DNA of 64,000 nt from an uncultured Pseudomonadales bacterium (GTDB lineage: Bacteria; Patescibacteriota; Microgenomatia; UBA1400; PJMF01), in assembly GCA_964556485.1 (NCBI GenBank), contig CAZKVV010000001.1, positions 148,551 through 212,550 of the forward strand. Direction: 5' to 3'. This document shows positions 27,824 to 37,599 of the stretch, one piece after another. A program made the position numbers and the translations under genes. Below the pieces are notes generated by a model that saw only the letters and a list, made by a program, of their open reading frames with translations, did not search any database and was not told the origin of the DNA. Every line of letters starts with the position of its first letter. Position 1 is the stretch's first letter.

Positions 27824-28535
27824 GCAAACGAACTCTCAATGGAATAACTACTTTTTCATCAGAAAGAATGGAACTGACTTCTCCTGATTGAGAAAATTGC
27901 GAAGCATTTAGGTTGTAGTTTTTGAGTAGCTGGTGCATAAACTCATAGCCAGGTTGCAATTTATCAACTTCGGTGAGATCTTGGGTTGGATCAATCAAGA
28001 GTGTAACAAATGCTAGGTTTAATGGTCTAGTGTTGATAACACTATCAATGAGATTGTTGACACCTGCATCATCAAATGTGCCCTCAGGGTAGAATGCTTT
28101 TCCATATATCAGTGTTGATGTTTCATTTTCAATGTACTGAGGCACTTTATATCGTTCTACAAAGCCAAGGTTATTTTTATGGTTGCAATTCATCACCGAT
28201 CTGACTCTCCAGCCACCCTTGAGTTCGATTGTTTTCTTCTCAAAGCCAGTTATACGACATGGAAAGGTAACTTTATTTTCTGAAACATCCTTAATGAAGC
28301 TGCTTGAATCGTTTATATCAGAAATGTCAGGAAGTGTGTGCAAGTTGAGCGAGATGCTTGAAAGTCTATTGCTTAAATACGCAGAAACTAAATAGAAAAC
28401 CAAACCAAATAGTAGGATTAAAACAAACGGCAAAGTATACTTCACTTGATTTTTCACTCTACAAGTAATAGTACACCAAGTGACTAGAGACGACAAGCTA
28501 GTTTTTTTTGAGTCGTCTTTAGTGAACCGAAGCAT
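27813..28535 (-). CDS. Single-TM hypothetical protein
   Basis: 240 aa, one TM helix, overlaps both neighbours. Confidence 0.65.
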   Translation of the reverse strand: MLRFTKDDSKKTSLSSLVTWCTITCRVKNQVKYTLPFVLILLFGLVFYLVSAYLSNRLSSISLNLHTLPDISDINDSSSFIKDVSENKVTFPCRITGFEKKTIELKGGWRVRSVMNCNHKNNLGFVERYKVPQYIENETSTLIYGKAFYPEGTFDDAGVNNLIDSVINTRPLNLAFVTLLIDPTQDLTEVDKLQPGYEFMHQLLKNYNLNASQFSQSGEVSSILSDEKVVIPLRVRLHEN

Positions 28536-30321
28536 TAACTAGCATTGGAAACATAAAGCGATACGAGAGGTCATCAATGACAACTTCAACTAACACTGAA
28601 TTATCACCTGTCTCAACAAAACTGCTGACGTCAGCGTCATATGCGGCTATCAAAGATGCGTAGATTTCCTCTTGCTCTGGGGTTATAGCACTATTTACAC
28701 TCGACTGGTTGAACGAAAGAAAGCTTACACTGAAAAACTCATTTTTTCCGGGAGTCAATGCGCTATTTACCATATTTTGCACAGCTGCATCATCAAAGGT
28801 AACTCCTTCTGGAAGATTAAATGAAAAATATCCGCCACCATCTTTAATTGCGATAACTTTGATTGTTCCGTCGTTCATTGTTTTTTCCATCCATGCTGGA
28901 ATAGAAATTGTTCGCTGATCACCGTTGCTGTCAAAATAGTTTGCATCAATTCGTGCTCGTACGGAAATATCTTGCAAATTGAAGCGCTCAAATGAGGTTC
29001 CCGCATGTTCTAAAATCATTCCATAGAATGTTGATTTTTCGAGTGGACCATTTGCAAACTGCTCTAAGAATAGTTCCATGATTCTTGCTTCATCGGCGTT
29101 TGCAGGTGTTCGCTCGTAAGTGTCTCTGGTTTCTTGAATTTGAGTTGATGTTATATCTACAGTTGGGGTCGCTGTTGGAGATTCTGGAGGGGTAACTTCA
29201 GTTGGTTCAATAGCCGGTTCAGTAGGCTCAACTTCTGGTGCTGGTAAACCTAGCATCGCTGCTCTTTCTGTCTCGTATTGTTCTTTGGTTACAAATACAT
29301 AGACACCTTTGTCTGGATCATATAATAAATAGTATTTTCCGGAAGTGTCTGTATTCGTCCATGTAAGTCCAAACATTCCTGGAACATCAAAAATTTCTTC
29401 GATGGTTGTTTCTCCATCAGGATCAAAAATTTCGTATTGAATATCTAGGTTGGATGGAGTGAGTACGCTACCCTCTTGATCACCTTGCACTTCGAGGCCT
29501 GTTACAACTGCACCTGAAGGGTGGGTGAAGATTAGGTATTGTGCTTGACCACCATCATCAAAACCACAGAGTAGTGCGTCATGCGAACCATATTCCGCAT
29601 CAGCAAAATTAGCATACTCATCTGTTCCTGGTAAGTTTCTAAATCTGAAAAATGGGTTTGCATCCCCTCCGAAGTGTGATAAAAATGCAGGATTTGAGAT
29701 GACTGCCTCGCTGGGTTTCCCTCCGGTAATACCAGTTTCAGCAAAGCACATCTCATAATACTCTTTTAATTCTGGGCTTAGTTCAGTCCAATCACCGCCA
29801 ATTACACCATCTGGAATTCTTGTTAATGCAACTTCTGCAGTTATGCTGGCAGGAGCTTCAAAAGTTGGTGTAGGGGTTAGAGGTATTGCTGTCTGAGCTT
29901 CAAAAGGAGTGGGAGACTCTTCTATTTGGACTGTTTGTGTTGGAAATGAAGTTACGCCAGGTTCAAGTGGTATTGTTGCGCAGGCTGCAAAAAAAACAAT
30001 AGTAATAATAATGAGTGCGAGAATCACTGCGAATCGAGATTCAGCATGACCATTTTCACTTTTTTTCTTAAGATCTATAAATTGAGTCGGATCACCTTTT
30101 AACAAATCGCCTATTGCTTCTTGTGCAGTTTCATTAATTGCTTCAATTTTCTCTGGTGTTAACCCTTGTTCAATAAGAGCTGCCTCAGCAGTTGCCGCAG
30201 CAGCTTCGAGAGAAGTAATAGCTGGTATTCCCGCAATACCTGCAAGGTCCGCAATGTCTACGGGGTGTGATTCTTGGCCTTCCAAGCCATTAATTGCAGC
30301 GAATTCAGCAGGTTGTGCCAT
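28519..30321 (-). CDS. Acidic surface protein with an internal TM/lipobox-like segment and Pro/Thr linkers
   Basis: Likely start MAQPAEF at 30321; FAVILALIIITIVFFAA-C; TPTPT and EPTEP linkers. Confidence 0.7.
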   Translation of the reverse strand: MAQPAEFAAINGLEGQESHPVDIADLAGIAGIPAITSLEAAAATAEAALIEQGLTPEKIEAINETAQEAIGDLLKGDPTQFIDLKKKSENGHAESRFAVILALIIITIVFFAACATIPLEPGVTSFPTQTVQIEESPTPFEAQTAIPLTPTPTFEAPASITAEVALTRIPDGVIGGDWTELSPELKEYYEMCFAETGITGGKPSEAVISNPAFLSHFGGDANPFFRFRNLPGTDEYANFADAEYGSHDALLCGFDDGGQAQYLIFTHPSGAVVTGLEVQGDQEGSVLTPSNLDIQYEIFDPDGETTIEEIFDVPGMFGLTWTNTDTSGKYYLLYDPDKGVYVFVTKEQYETERAAMLGLPAPEVEPTEPAIEPTEVTPPESPTATPTVDITSTQIQETRDTYERTPANADEARIMELFLEQFANGPLEKSTFYGMILEHAGTSFERFNLQDISVRARIDANYFDSNGDQRTISIPAWMEKTMNDGTIKVIAIKDGGGYFSFNLPEGVTFDDAAVQNMVNSALTPGKNEFFSVSFLSFNQSSVNSAITPEQEEIYASLIAAYDADVSSFVETGDNSVLVEVVIDDLSYRFMFPMLVNASVH

Positions 30322-30497
30322 TATTGCTTTCTGTTGGGAGTAAACCACATATTGTTTTATTAAATAGTGGTGTGGTAAACTTCCCTCTTCTTGCACTTAC
30401 TCTACCAGTTTTTGCGTGGTATTTGTATTGTACAAATCGTTCAGTATTTTACCACTGAGTCTTATAATATTGCAATGCGTAGCAGATGTGTAGGGAA

Positions 30498-31067
30498 TTA
30501 GTTAATGACGTTTTCCATCGAATCTAAAATTAGTCTTCTCACGAAATCTGATTTGGATGTATTTCTTTTTTTAGACTCAGTTATAAGAAAAGTGTTCAAT
30601 TTGGAAGATAGTACCATATTAAACCGAATCTCATTGGCTAAGTTCATCTCGAGTAAATAATATTCGACAAGCTCTTTTAATTCAGAATCAGATGAATATT
30701 CACAGAAGAAAACTTTGTTAAGTTTTTCCAAGGTGGGGATGAGATTTGGTTTCGGCTTACCTTTTTTAAAAAAAATTACAACCGGTTTTCCAATGCTTAC
30801 TGCATGAGAAAGGAGGAATCCAACACTCAGGCTTTGTTTGCTGCTTTCTGATATGACAACGTCAGTGCTGGAAATATTTTTAAGTAATTTGAGATGAAAT
30901 GCTGTGTTTTCCAACTCATTTTGCAGGTCAATTTTTTCTTGCGAGTAAGTAGTTACATGGTCACAAATTAAAGTGATTTTGTTGTTATCGCAGACATTCT
31001 TAATGACCTCAATGCTTTTAGCATAAAAATCTTTTTCACGAATTGATCCAATAAAAACTACTTTCAT
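30498..31067 (-). CDS. Nucleoside 2-deoxyribosyltransferase-fold protein with C-terminal ribbon-helix-helix
   Basis: DVVISESSKQSLSVGFLLSHA..GKPV, with Leu at the catalytic Glu position; IRFNMVLS...SKSDFVRRLI is RHH-like. Confidence 0.7.
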   Translation of the reverse strand: MKVVFIGSIREKDFYAKSIEVIKNVCDNNKITLICDHVTTYSQEKIDLQNELENTAFHLKLLKNISSTDVVISESSKQSLSVGFLLSHAVSIGKPVVIFFKKGKPKPNLIPTLEKLNKVFFCEYSSDSELKELVEYYLLEMNLANEIRFNMVLSSKLNTFLITESKKRNTSKSDFVRRLILDSMENVIN

Positions 31068-31088
31068 TATTGTTTTGATAGTATATCA

Positions 31089-31105
31089 TACTTACTCAGT
31101 AAGTA
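31089..31105. promoter_or_regulatory. Perfect palindrome in a divergent promoter (candidate operator)
   Basis: TACTTACT-C-AGTAAGTA, between the minus-strand -10 box TATACT (31085-31080) and the plus-strand TGATACAAT (31122-31130). Confidence 0.55.
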
Positions 31106-31144
31106 GCTTTGCTGCAAAAAGTGATACAATAACACTCACTAATA

Positions 31145-32188
31145 ATGTCAAAAATGAATAATAACAAATCAGGATTGGTTGAAATTAAACCGTTTATAGT
31201 TAAATCTGTAGGCGAACACAGTATGGGCGCCCCAGTATTGAAATACTTAGAGATAAAGATGCATGATTATCTCAGAGATCACAGTAGAAATTTTAAAAAG
31301 ATTTTAGTTATCGGTGAGTATGATAGAACGTGCTCGATATCTTCATTTGAAAAAGATGGCAAAACATCTAACTGGCAACGTCCAACCGCAGAAATCATCA
31401 ATGATGAGCTAATAATAAAATGTTTTCCTGGAAAGGATTATGTTAGGCATTATGCATCATTAATTGCCTCATATTTGTATTTAACTGATCGAAAGTGGTC
31501 GCATGTTCGATATGTCTTGCCAACAGAAGCGAAATGTGAGGCAGCAGTTGACGACTTATTCCTTGAAAATATTCCCGTTGGAGATGTGTTAATCATTGGA
31601 AGTGGTTTGCCTGCAATCGCAGGCGAAGATCGATGGGAAGGGAATAATCATTATTTATATAAGTCAGTCTCAATTAATAATCAAACGGTAGTATTTTTAA
31701 TTTTTCAGTTTAGTTTTTGGGGTGATATTCTTTACAGAATTATAAAAAAGATGGGTTCATCATTTAAAAAAATTCTCTTCACAGCAAAGGTTGGTGGAAT
31801 TAGATCAGATTTAATTCCTAATGAAACATTAGCAACAGGCAGTCAATCATTTATAGATGGAGAATTTGTAAGTTGGAAAGGTCTTTTCGAAGATGTAACT
31901 TCTCCATTTTTGGTAAAAGGTCGGCATATTAACTCACCTTCAGTACTGTTGGAGACTAAAGCTTGGGTAAAATCATTTTCTGGAATAGAGTTTGTTGACT
32001 CAGAAATTGGCTACTTTATTAAGTCTACTAGAGATATTGGTGTTAACTCTGGATATTTGCACTTTATTTCAAACAATCTTACGAACCCACACGCTGAGGA
32101 TCTCTCAAATGAGAGGGAAAAAAGTGTTATTCTCAAGCGAAGTAAATTGAATGAAGAAATCAGAAGAATAATTTACGAGATTATCTGA
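31145..32188 (+). CDS. Nucleoside phosphorylase/nucleosidase (PNP_UDP_1)-fold protein
   Basis: ILFTAKVGGI, SPSVLLET, FVDSEIG and LHFISNNL resemble NP-I family motifs (G.xGG, .DME, .SD); AT-rich. Confidence 0.6.
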   Translation: MSKMNNNKSGLVEIKPFIVKSVGEHSMGAPVLKYLEIKMHDYLRDHSRNFKKILVIGEYDRTCSISSFEKDGKTSNWQRPTAEIINDELIIKCFPGKDYVRHYASLIASYLYLTDRKWSHVRYVLPTEAKCEAAVDDLFLENIPVGDVLIIGSGLPAIAGEDRWEGNNHYLYKSVSINNQTVVFLIFQFSFWGDILYRIIKKMGSSFKKILFTAKVGGIRSDLIPNETLATGSQSFIDGEFVSWKGLFEDVTSPFLVKGRHINSPSVLLETKAWVKSFSGIEFVDSEIGYFIKSTRDIGVNSGYLHFISNNLTNPHAEDLSNEREKSVILKRSKLNEEIRRIIYEII

Positions 32189-32235
32189 TAGAATTCCAGG
32201 TATATGTTATCCAATTTAATAAGGAATGCGAGATT

Positions 32236-32799
32236 ATGAAAGTGCACTTTATTGCTGATGTTGATGGAGATAAAACTGATTATAAAAAGATAATTTCAAC
32301 AATTGAATCACTTAATCATACGATTGTTACAAGGCATTACTTAGAAAGAAAAATTGAGGAAATTGTTCAGGAGTCTCCAGCTGAATCTGAACTATATGCT
32401 AAGAGGTCAATGAGATGGTTGAAAAATGCAGATGTGGTAATTTTTGAAACAACCAAGCCAGATGTGAGTGTGGGGTATGAGCTTGCCGTTGCAGTTAATT
32501 TGAATAATCCTGTGATAGTTATGTATCACAATACAAAAGGTACGCCCCCGAATAGCATAAAGGGTGTAGAATCAGAAAAACTTCAGATCATTGGATACGA
32601 CGACAGCACCTTAGTGGAAATTCTTGAGATTGCACTTGAAAATGCGCATGATTCAACTGATGTCCGCTTCAACTTCTTCATCTCCCCTTCTATTGGTAGC
32701 TATCTCGACTGGATTTCTAAGAATAAGAAAGTCCCACGCTCAGTGTATCTTCGTAATCTCATTCAAAGAGACATGGAAGAGAATGAAGAATATCGATAA
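32236..32799 (+). CDS. Nucleoside 2-deoxyribosyltransferase-fold protein with C-terminal ribbon-helix-helix
   Basis: ADVVIFETTKPDVSVGYELAVA..PVI with the Glu retained; VRFNFFISP...PRSVYLRNLI is RHH-like. Confidence 0.72.
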   Translation: MKVHFIADVDGDKTDYKKIISTIESLNHTIVTRHYLERKIEEIVQESPAESELYAKRSMRWLKNADVVIFETTKPDVSVGYELAVAVNLNNPVIVMYHNTKGTPPNSIKGVESEKLQIIGYDDSTLVEILEIALENAHDSTDVRFNFFISPSIGSYLDWISKNKKVPRSVYLRNLIQRDMEENEEYR

Positions 32800-32947
32800 G
32801 TTGTCAATCATAACACGATATCTTTATCGATCATGCTTAGCTCAATTTTTCCCACCCTCCTCTTGCGGTTTCTCTGTCTAGTACGCTATAGTAATAAAAG
32901 GTTTATGAGCACGACGCAAAAGTAGTGTATAAATCAGGTAGTACTGC

Positions 32948-33763
32948 ATGTCCAAAACACACCAAACTAATCGACTACAACACGCAAACGTAGTGTGTTG
33001 CGGCAACTCCCAATCTGGTCAAGTTGCTGTGGTTGTATTGCTTATCATGGTGGTATTACTCACCATTGGTCTGTCTCTCGCGGCCAGAACCACCCAAGAA
33101 GTCTTCCTTTCTCAACAACAATCAGATAGTGCTAGAGTATTTAATGCTGCAGAATCTGGCGTTGAAGAGGCTCTGAGTCAAAGTTTTGCTACCGGTGCCA
33201 CAAACGGTAGTCTCGTAGTGGACGGTATTGATGTTAATTACACGGTTAATACTCAAAGTCGACTCGACACACTCATTACTGAGGGTATGAGTGCTCACAT
33301 ACAATTAAATGGTTATGCTGGAAACATTACCATAGACTGGGCGCAAGAAGCCAACTGTGCAGACAGGGCATCGTTCATTGCGACAATTTTTTATGACGAT
33401 GCAGGAGTACTGAGATCTCAACACCTAGCCTTTGGACCACCAACAACTTGCGTCAATCATAACGATAACTTCCTCCAGGGTTCCAACTTGGCAGGAAATC
33501 CGTTCTATCACCGCTACATCATTAGTGGCGCTACGCTCCCAGCCAATTCACAATTTATTCGCCTCAAGCCGGTGTATGCAGATGCTGACATTTTAGTAAC
33601 TGGTAGTACTGGATTCCCAAGTCAACACAATACCATTCGTTCAACTGCTACTTACTCAGGTGGGGATGAACAGCGTAGTATAGAAGTATCGCGTAGTCTA
33701 CCTGCTGCACCAGCATTTATGGATTACGCACTGTATTCAGGAGGAAGCATTACAACGCCATAG
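32948..33763 (+). CDS. PilX-like minor pilin
   Basis: G/QVAVVVLLIM with no E5, and FNAAESGVEEAL. Confidence 0.82.
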   Translation: MSKTHQTNRLQHANVVCCGNSQSGQVAVVVLLIMVVLLTIGLSLAARTTQEVFLSQQQSDSARVFNAAESGVEEALSQSFATGATNGSLVVDGIDVNYTVNTQSRLDTLITEGMSAHIQLNGYAGNITIDWAQEANCADRASFIATIFYDDAGVLRSQHLAFGPPTTCVNHNDNFLQGSNLAGNPFYHRYIISGATLPANSQFIRLKPVYADADILVTGSTGFPSQHNTIRSTATYSGGDEQRSIEVSRSLPAAPAFMDYALYSGGSITTP

Positions 33764-33796
33764 CAAAAATACGTGTAGTATAAGAAAGCCTGCCCT

Positions 33797-34804
33797 ATGT
33801 CCACACTCGCCATCGATATCGGTTCCTATAGTATAAAAGCAGTCAGCGGTAAAGCTGGGGTCTCACCTCATGTTGATCGTGTTGTTGAAGTTTTTAATAC
33901 CACTGGACTTGCGGTCCCTACCGATGATCCAGCTCAAGAAAAACTAGCTGGTTTACTTGAATCTATCCTTGCAGACAATGACTTACCTCGCACAGATGTG
34001 AGACTCTCACTTCCAGAAACAGTTATTTCAACCAAGGTTATCAGCATTCCACCACTCAGTGATGCTGAGCTTGCTTCTGCCATTGGTTGGCAAGCGGAAC
34101 AACACATTCCGATTCCTCCAGAAGAATTGTCTCTCGAATATCAAGTCTTGTACCGTCCTGTCAAAAAAGACAAAGAAATGATGCGTATTCTCCTTGTGGG
34201 TGCTCGCAAACAAGTAGTTGAGCGCTATGTGGAAATGTTCCACATGTTGGGTATTGAACCATCATTGGTAGAAACACAGATTATTTCTATCATCCGCTCT
34301 TTGGTTTTCACCCCACAGGATCCTACAACTTTGGTCGTACACATGGGTGCTTCTTCTATGAATATGGCAATGGTTGCTGGCGGCGAACTTCAGTTTGTGA
34401 CGACTCACATGAATGGTGGTCAGTTGCTCTCTAAAGCACTCGAACAAACCATTGGTTTAGATCGAACACAGGCAGAAAAATACAAGCGCACCTATGGTTT
34501 AGATGAATCTCAGTTCCAAGGTAAAGTGAAGGCAGCATTACTTCCAGCAGTAAACGTACTCACTACCGAGGTAAAAAAGGCTGTGCAGTTTTATATTCAT
34601 GAGCATCCTCAAGATTCTGTCCATCGCGTTGTTTTATCTGGTGGGACTGCCGCACTGCCTCATTTTGTCCAACACATCACTCAAGAATTGGGTACTGAAG
34701 TACTTGTTGCTGCCCCACTTACTAATGTCGGTGGGACGCTTCCAGCAAATATCAATCCTCCTGCACTCGGCGTGTGTATGGGGCTGTTGATGAGAGAAGA
34801 TTAG
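33797..34804 (+). CDS. pilM: Type IV pilus assembly protein PilM
   Basis: AIDIGSYSIK, AEQHIP.P and VLSGGTA actin-like motifs. Confidence 0.92.
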   Translation: MSTLAIDIGSYSIKAVSGKAGVSPHVDRVVEVFNTTGLAVPTDDPAQEKLAGLLESILADNDLPRTDVRLSLPETVISTKVISIPPLSDAELASAIGWQAEQHIPIPPEELSLEYQVLYRPVKKDKEMMRILLVGARKQVVERYVEMFHMLGIEPSLVETQIISIIRSLVFTPQDPTTLVVHMGASSMNMAMVAGGELQFVTTHMNGGQLLSKALEQTIGLDRTQAEKYKRTYGLDESQFQGKVKAALLPAVNVLTTEVKKAVQFYIHEHPQDSVHRVVLSGGTAALPHFVQHITQELGTEVLVAAPLTNVGGTLPANINPPALGVCMGLLMRED

Positions 34805-34807
34805 CGT

Positions 34808-35386
34808 ATGTCAAGAGATATCAACTTTGTTGCTATTCGGCGCAAAAAGCTTACATCTGAGCAAAAGCGGGATAAAGTTTATTTTAGGTATGCCACATGG
34901 GGCGTCTTGGTTACTTTTGGAGTGATGCTGCTTATCGTTGGCGTGAGATTGTTTGCGGTTATACAAGTCAAGAAACTTACGGATACTCAAGCTTCAACAA
35001 AAAAAGCGATAATGGCGCAAGAGCAAGTCGAGAAAGATTACAATATTTTTGCTCACAAGTTAAAAGCGCTCTCAGAACTTTTTGGCCGACGTTTAGATAA
35101 ACAAGAAGCAATGGTGTTCTTTAGCCAGGCTTTTGGCCAGCATATTATCATTAGTGAGATTGATTATAGTGCTGAAGCTGACGATATTGTAACGTTTACC
35201 CTTACCGCCCCAAGTGTCTTTGATCTAGAAAATGTGTTTGCCATTTTGGAACGTCCCGATGTTTCTGAAAAGTACACTTCAATAGTAAAAAGTGGATTAA
35301 GTCGAGGCGGAGATGGGTTTTACAATATTAAACTTACCATTGCCTTGGGGAAACACAAGTTGCCTGAACCAGAAGTAACGGAATAA
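34808..35386 (+). CDS. PilN-like protein
   Basis: Follows pilM; DINF motif, TM helix, coiled coil. Confidence 0.7.
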   Translation: MSRDINFVAIRRKKLTSEQKRDKVYFRYATWGVLVTFGVMLLIVGVRLFAVIQVKKLTDTQASTKKAIMAQEQVEKDYNIFAHKLKALSELFGRRLDKQEAMVFFSQAFGQHIIISEIDYSAEADDIVTFTLTAPSVFDLENVFAILERPDVSEKYTSIVKSGLSRGGDGFYNIKLTIALGKHKLPEPEVTE

Positions 35387-35392
35387 TACACC

Positions 35393-36193
35393 ATGCTAGA
35401 ACCTAAAGATAAATCACAAATTAATTTTAAAGTTATCTGGACAACCAGAAAATACATGGTGTTTACAGTGGGCATTGTTGCTTTGATAGTGTGTTTAGTT
35501 GCTTTTGGAATGTATCCACAAGTTGCAGCTGTTCTCAAACTAAGAGCTGAGTATCAAAATGAAAAGCCAAAATTAGATAAACTTCAGGCAAAATTGGCAG
35601 AATTACAAAATGTTTTGTTTACTGAAGAGTTTGTTCACGCACCACTAGTCAATGAGGCTCTGCCTTCAAATAAGCCATTGCTAGAGTTTTTAACCAGTTT
35701 AAATACTATTGCGGTAGTCAACGAGATTGCGGTTACCAACTTTGAAATTAATCCGGGAATCATTGCTACTGATGCTTCTCAAGTGAATCAGGCAAGTAAA
35801 GCTAAGGGTTCGGTTGATTCTCTTGAGCTCAGTCTAGAAATTGAAGGTAGTTTTGATCAACTGCAGGCATTTTTATTGGATATCGAGAGAATTTCTCCGT
35901 TTACTACCATCACTACGTTATCACTCGGTAAAGGCGCCTCAGCTGCAGATAGAGGGACTGATAGACTTATTTCCGCATCACTCACAACTAAAACATATTT
36001 CTTTGTTCAAACAATAAAAGCCACTGTCGAAGCGCCATTGCCAAAGTTGGGTGCAAATGATCGAAATGTGTTGAATGCTCTGGCAGAGTTTCAGGCTTCT
36101 GATTTGCCTGAGCAAACAGAGATCATTGGTGGAGGCGTTGAAGATCCATTTGGCGTGGGAAAACTAGAGATACTAAACCAGTTTAAAAACTAA
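35393..36193 (+). CDS. PilO-like protein
   Basis: TM helix, coiled coil, ALP, and GSFDQLQAFL..IE. Confidence 0.75.
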   Translation: MLEPKDKSQINFKVIWTTRKYMVFTVGIVALIVCLVAFGMYPQVAAVLKLRAEYQNEKPKLDKLQAKLAELQNVLFTEEFVHAPLVNEALPSNKPLLEFLTSLNTIAVVNEIAVTNFEINPGIIATDASQVNQASKAKGSVDSLELSLEIEGSFDQLQAFLLDIERISPFTTITTLSLGKGASAADRGTDRLISASLTTKTYFFVQTIKATVEAPLPKLGANDRNVLNALAEFQASDLPEQTEIIGGGVEDPFGVGKLEILNQFKN

Positions 36194-36214
36194 GAGATTA
36201 TATAGTTTTTTTGT

Positions 36215-36445
36215 TTATTCAGCGAGAGTGATATGGGCGCGAATGCCCTCTTTTACGGCTCTTATCTTGCCAATATTGCGGATTGATTGAATAACTGAAC
36301 CACCTTTGCCAATCACGCGACCAATGTCATCTTTGTGAACGTGAATGGTATAAAGTAATCCCTGCTCATCTTCAGTTTCAACTACAGATACATCTTCTGG
36401 ATGTTCTACTAGGTGAATGAGGATGTATTCAATAAGATTTTTCAT
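36215..36445 (-). CDS. khpA: KH-domain RNA-binding protein KhpA
   Basis: LVEHPEDV and DIGRVIGKGG; downstream of rpsP. Confidence 0.9.
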   Translation of the reverse strand: MKNLIEYILIHLVEHPEDVSVVETEDEQGLLYTIHVHKDDIGRVIGKGGSVIQSIRNIGKIRAVKEGIRAHITLAE

Positions 36446-36447
36446 GC

Positions 36448-36843
36448 TTATGCTTGCGTCTTTTCGGTTGTTACTTCTACTGCTTCAACGACTGGGGTTG
36501 GTTCTTCAACTGGTGCTTCTACAGGTTTTGCAGCTTCTAGAGCAGCAGCTGTAGCCTTAGCTTTTGCTTTTTTTGACAAACTTGGCTTCTTTGGTGGGAA
36601 TGGATTGCCAGATTCCAAGCGTTTGGCAAGTCCTGCAACAGTTGGAGTTGGTTGTGCGCCTTTAGTAAGCCACTCTTTGTATAATTCTAGATCAAGATCG
36701 AGAATTTTAGGTGTAGATGTTGGAGCATAATGACCGAGAATTGCGGTATATTTACCATCACGTTTTGTTTTTGCTTCGTTTAGCACAATACGGAAATGTG
36801 GTTGATTTTTCTTACCGAATCGAGCGAGTTTAATTTTGAGCAT
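36448..36843 (-). CDS. rpsP: 30S ribosomal protein S16
   Basis: MLKIKLARFGKKNQP.FRIV and GAQPT. Confidence 0.96.
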   Translation of the reverse strand: MLKIKLARFGKKNQPHFRIVLNEAKTKRDGKYTAILGHYAPTSTPKILDLDLELYKEWLTKGAQPTPTVAGLAKRLESGNPFPPKKPSLSKKAKAKATAAALEAAKPVEAPVEEPTPVVEAVEVTTEKTQA

Positions 36844-36924
36844 ACTAGTTTCTTTGCTATATGTTAGTTTTGGTCTGACTACAGAGTTGAAATTATACTC
36901 CAGGAACCGGCGATTCTCAAGTAA

Positions 36925-37596
36925 CTAAATAGTGTTTGTATCAGGATACTTCTGGAGTGCTTTTTCGGCTGCCGCTTGTTGCGCTCGCTGCTTGCTTTTT
37001 CCTACACCAGTGCCTATGGTTTTGCCATCCACAACAGCATTAACTGTAAATTGTTTGTCGTGGTCTGGGCCTTCAGCCGCGATAACTTCATAGGTTGGTG
37101 TGTCAAATCCAAGCGACTGCACAATTTCTTGCAAGTGACTCTTGGCATCCTTATAGAGTTTATTAGTCAAAATGTCATCTATTTCGACGAAAAGCTCGGT
37201 ATGCAAGAAGGTTCTAACGACTTCAATGCCTTGGTCTAAGTACAGAGCTCCAATAATGGCTTCCATGGTGTCTGCAAGCAGGCTGCTATTAGTGCGTCCT
37301 CCGGTAGCTTCCTCTCCTTTGCTCATGTAGAGTTTATTTCCTAGGTCTAGTTGCGCGGCAATTTTTGCCAATGTGTTTGTTTTTACTAAAGCACTCCGGT
37401 AGGCAGTTAATATGCCCTCAGGTTGTTCAGGAAATTTTTCGTATAAGAACTCGGTTGCGATTAGTTCGAGTACCGCATCGCCAAGAAACTCAAGTCTCTC
37501 ATTACTCTCATTTGAGAGGGTACCAACTTCATTAAGGGCGCTGCGGTGCGTGAGCGCGGTAGTAAGTAGTGAGGTGTTGGTGAATTGAGGAATCAT
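36925..37596 (-). CDS. rnc: Ribonuclease III
   Basis: NERLEFLGDAVL signature plus a dsRBD. Confidence 0.97.
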   Translation of the reverse strand: MIPQFTNTSLLTTALTHRSALNEVGTLSNESNERLEFLGDAVLELIATEFLYEKFPEQPEGILTAYRSALVKTNTLAKIAAQLDLGNKLYMSKGEEATGGRTNSSLLADTMEAIIGALYLDQGIEVVRTFLHTELFVEIDDILTNKLYKDAKSHLQEIVQSLGFDTPTYEVIAAEGPDHDKQFTVNAVVDGKTIGTGVGKSKQRAQQAAAEKALQKYPDTNTI

Positions 37597-37599
37597 ACC

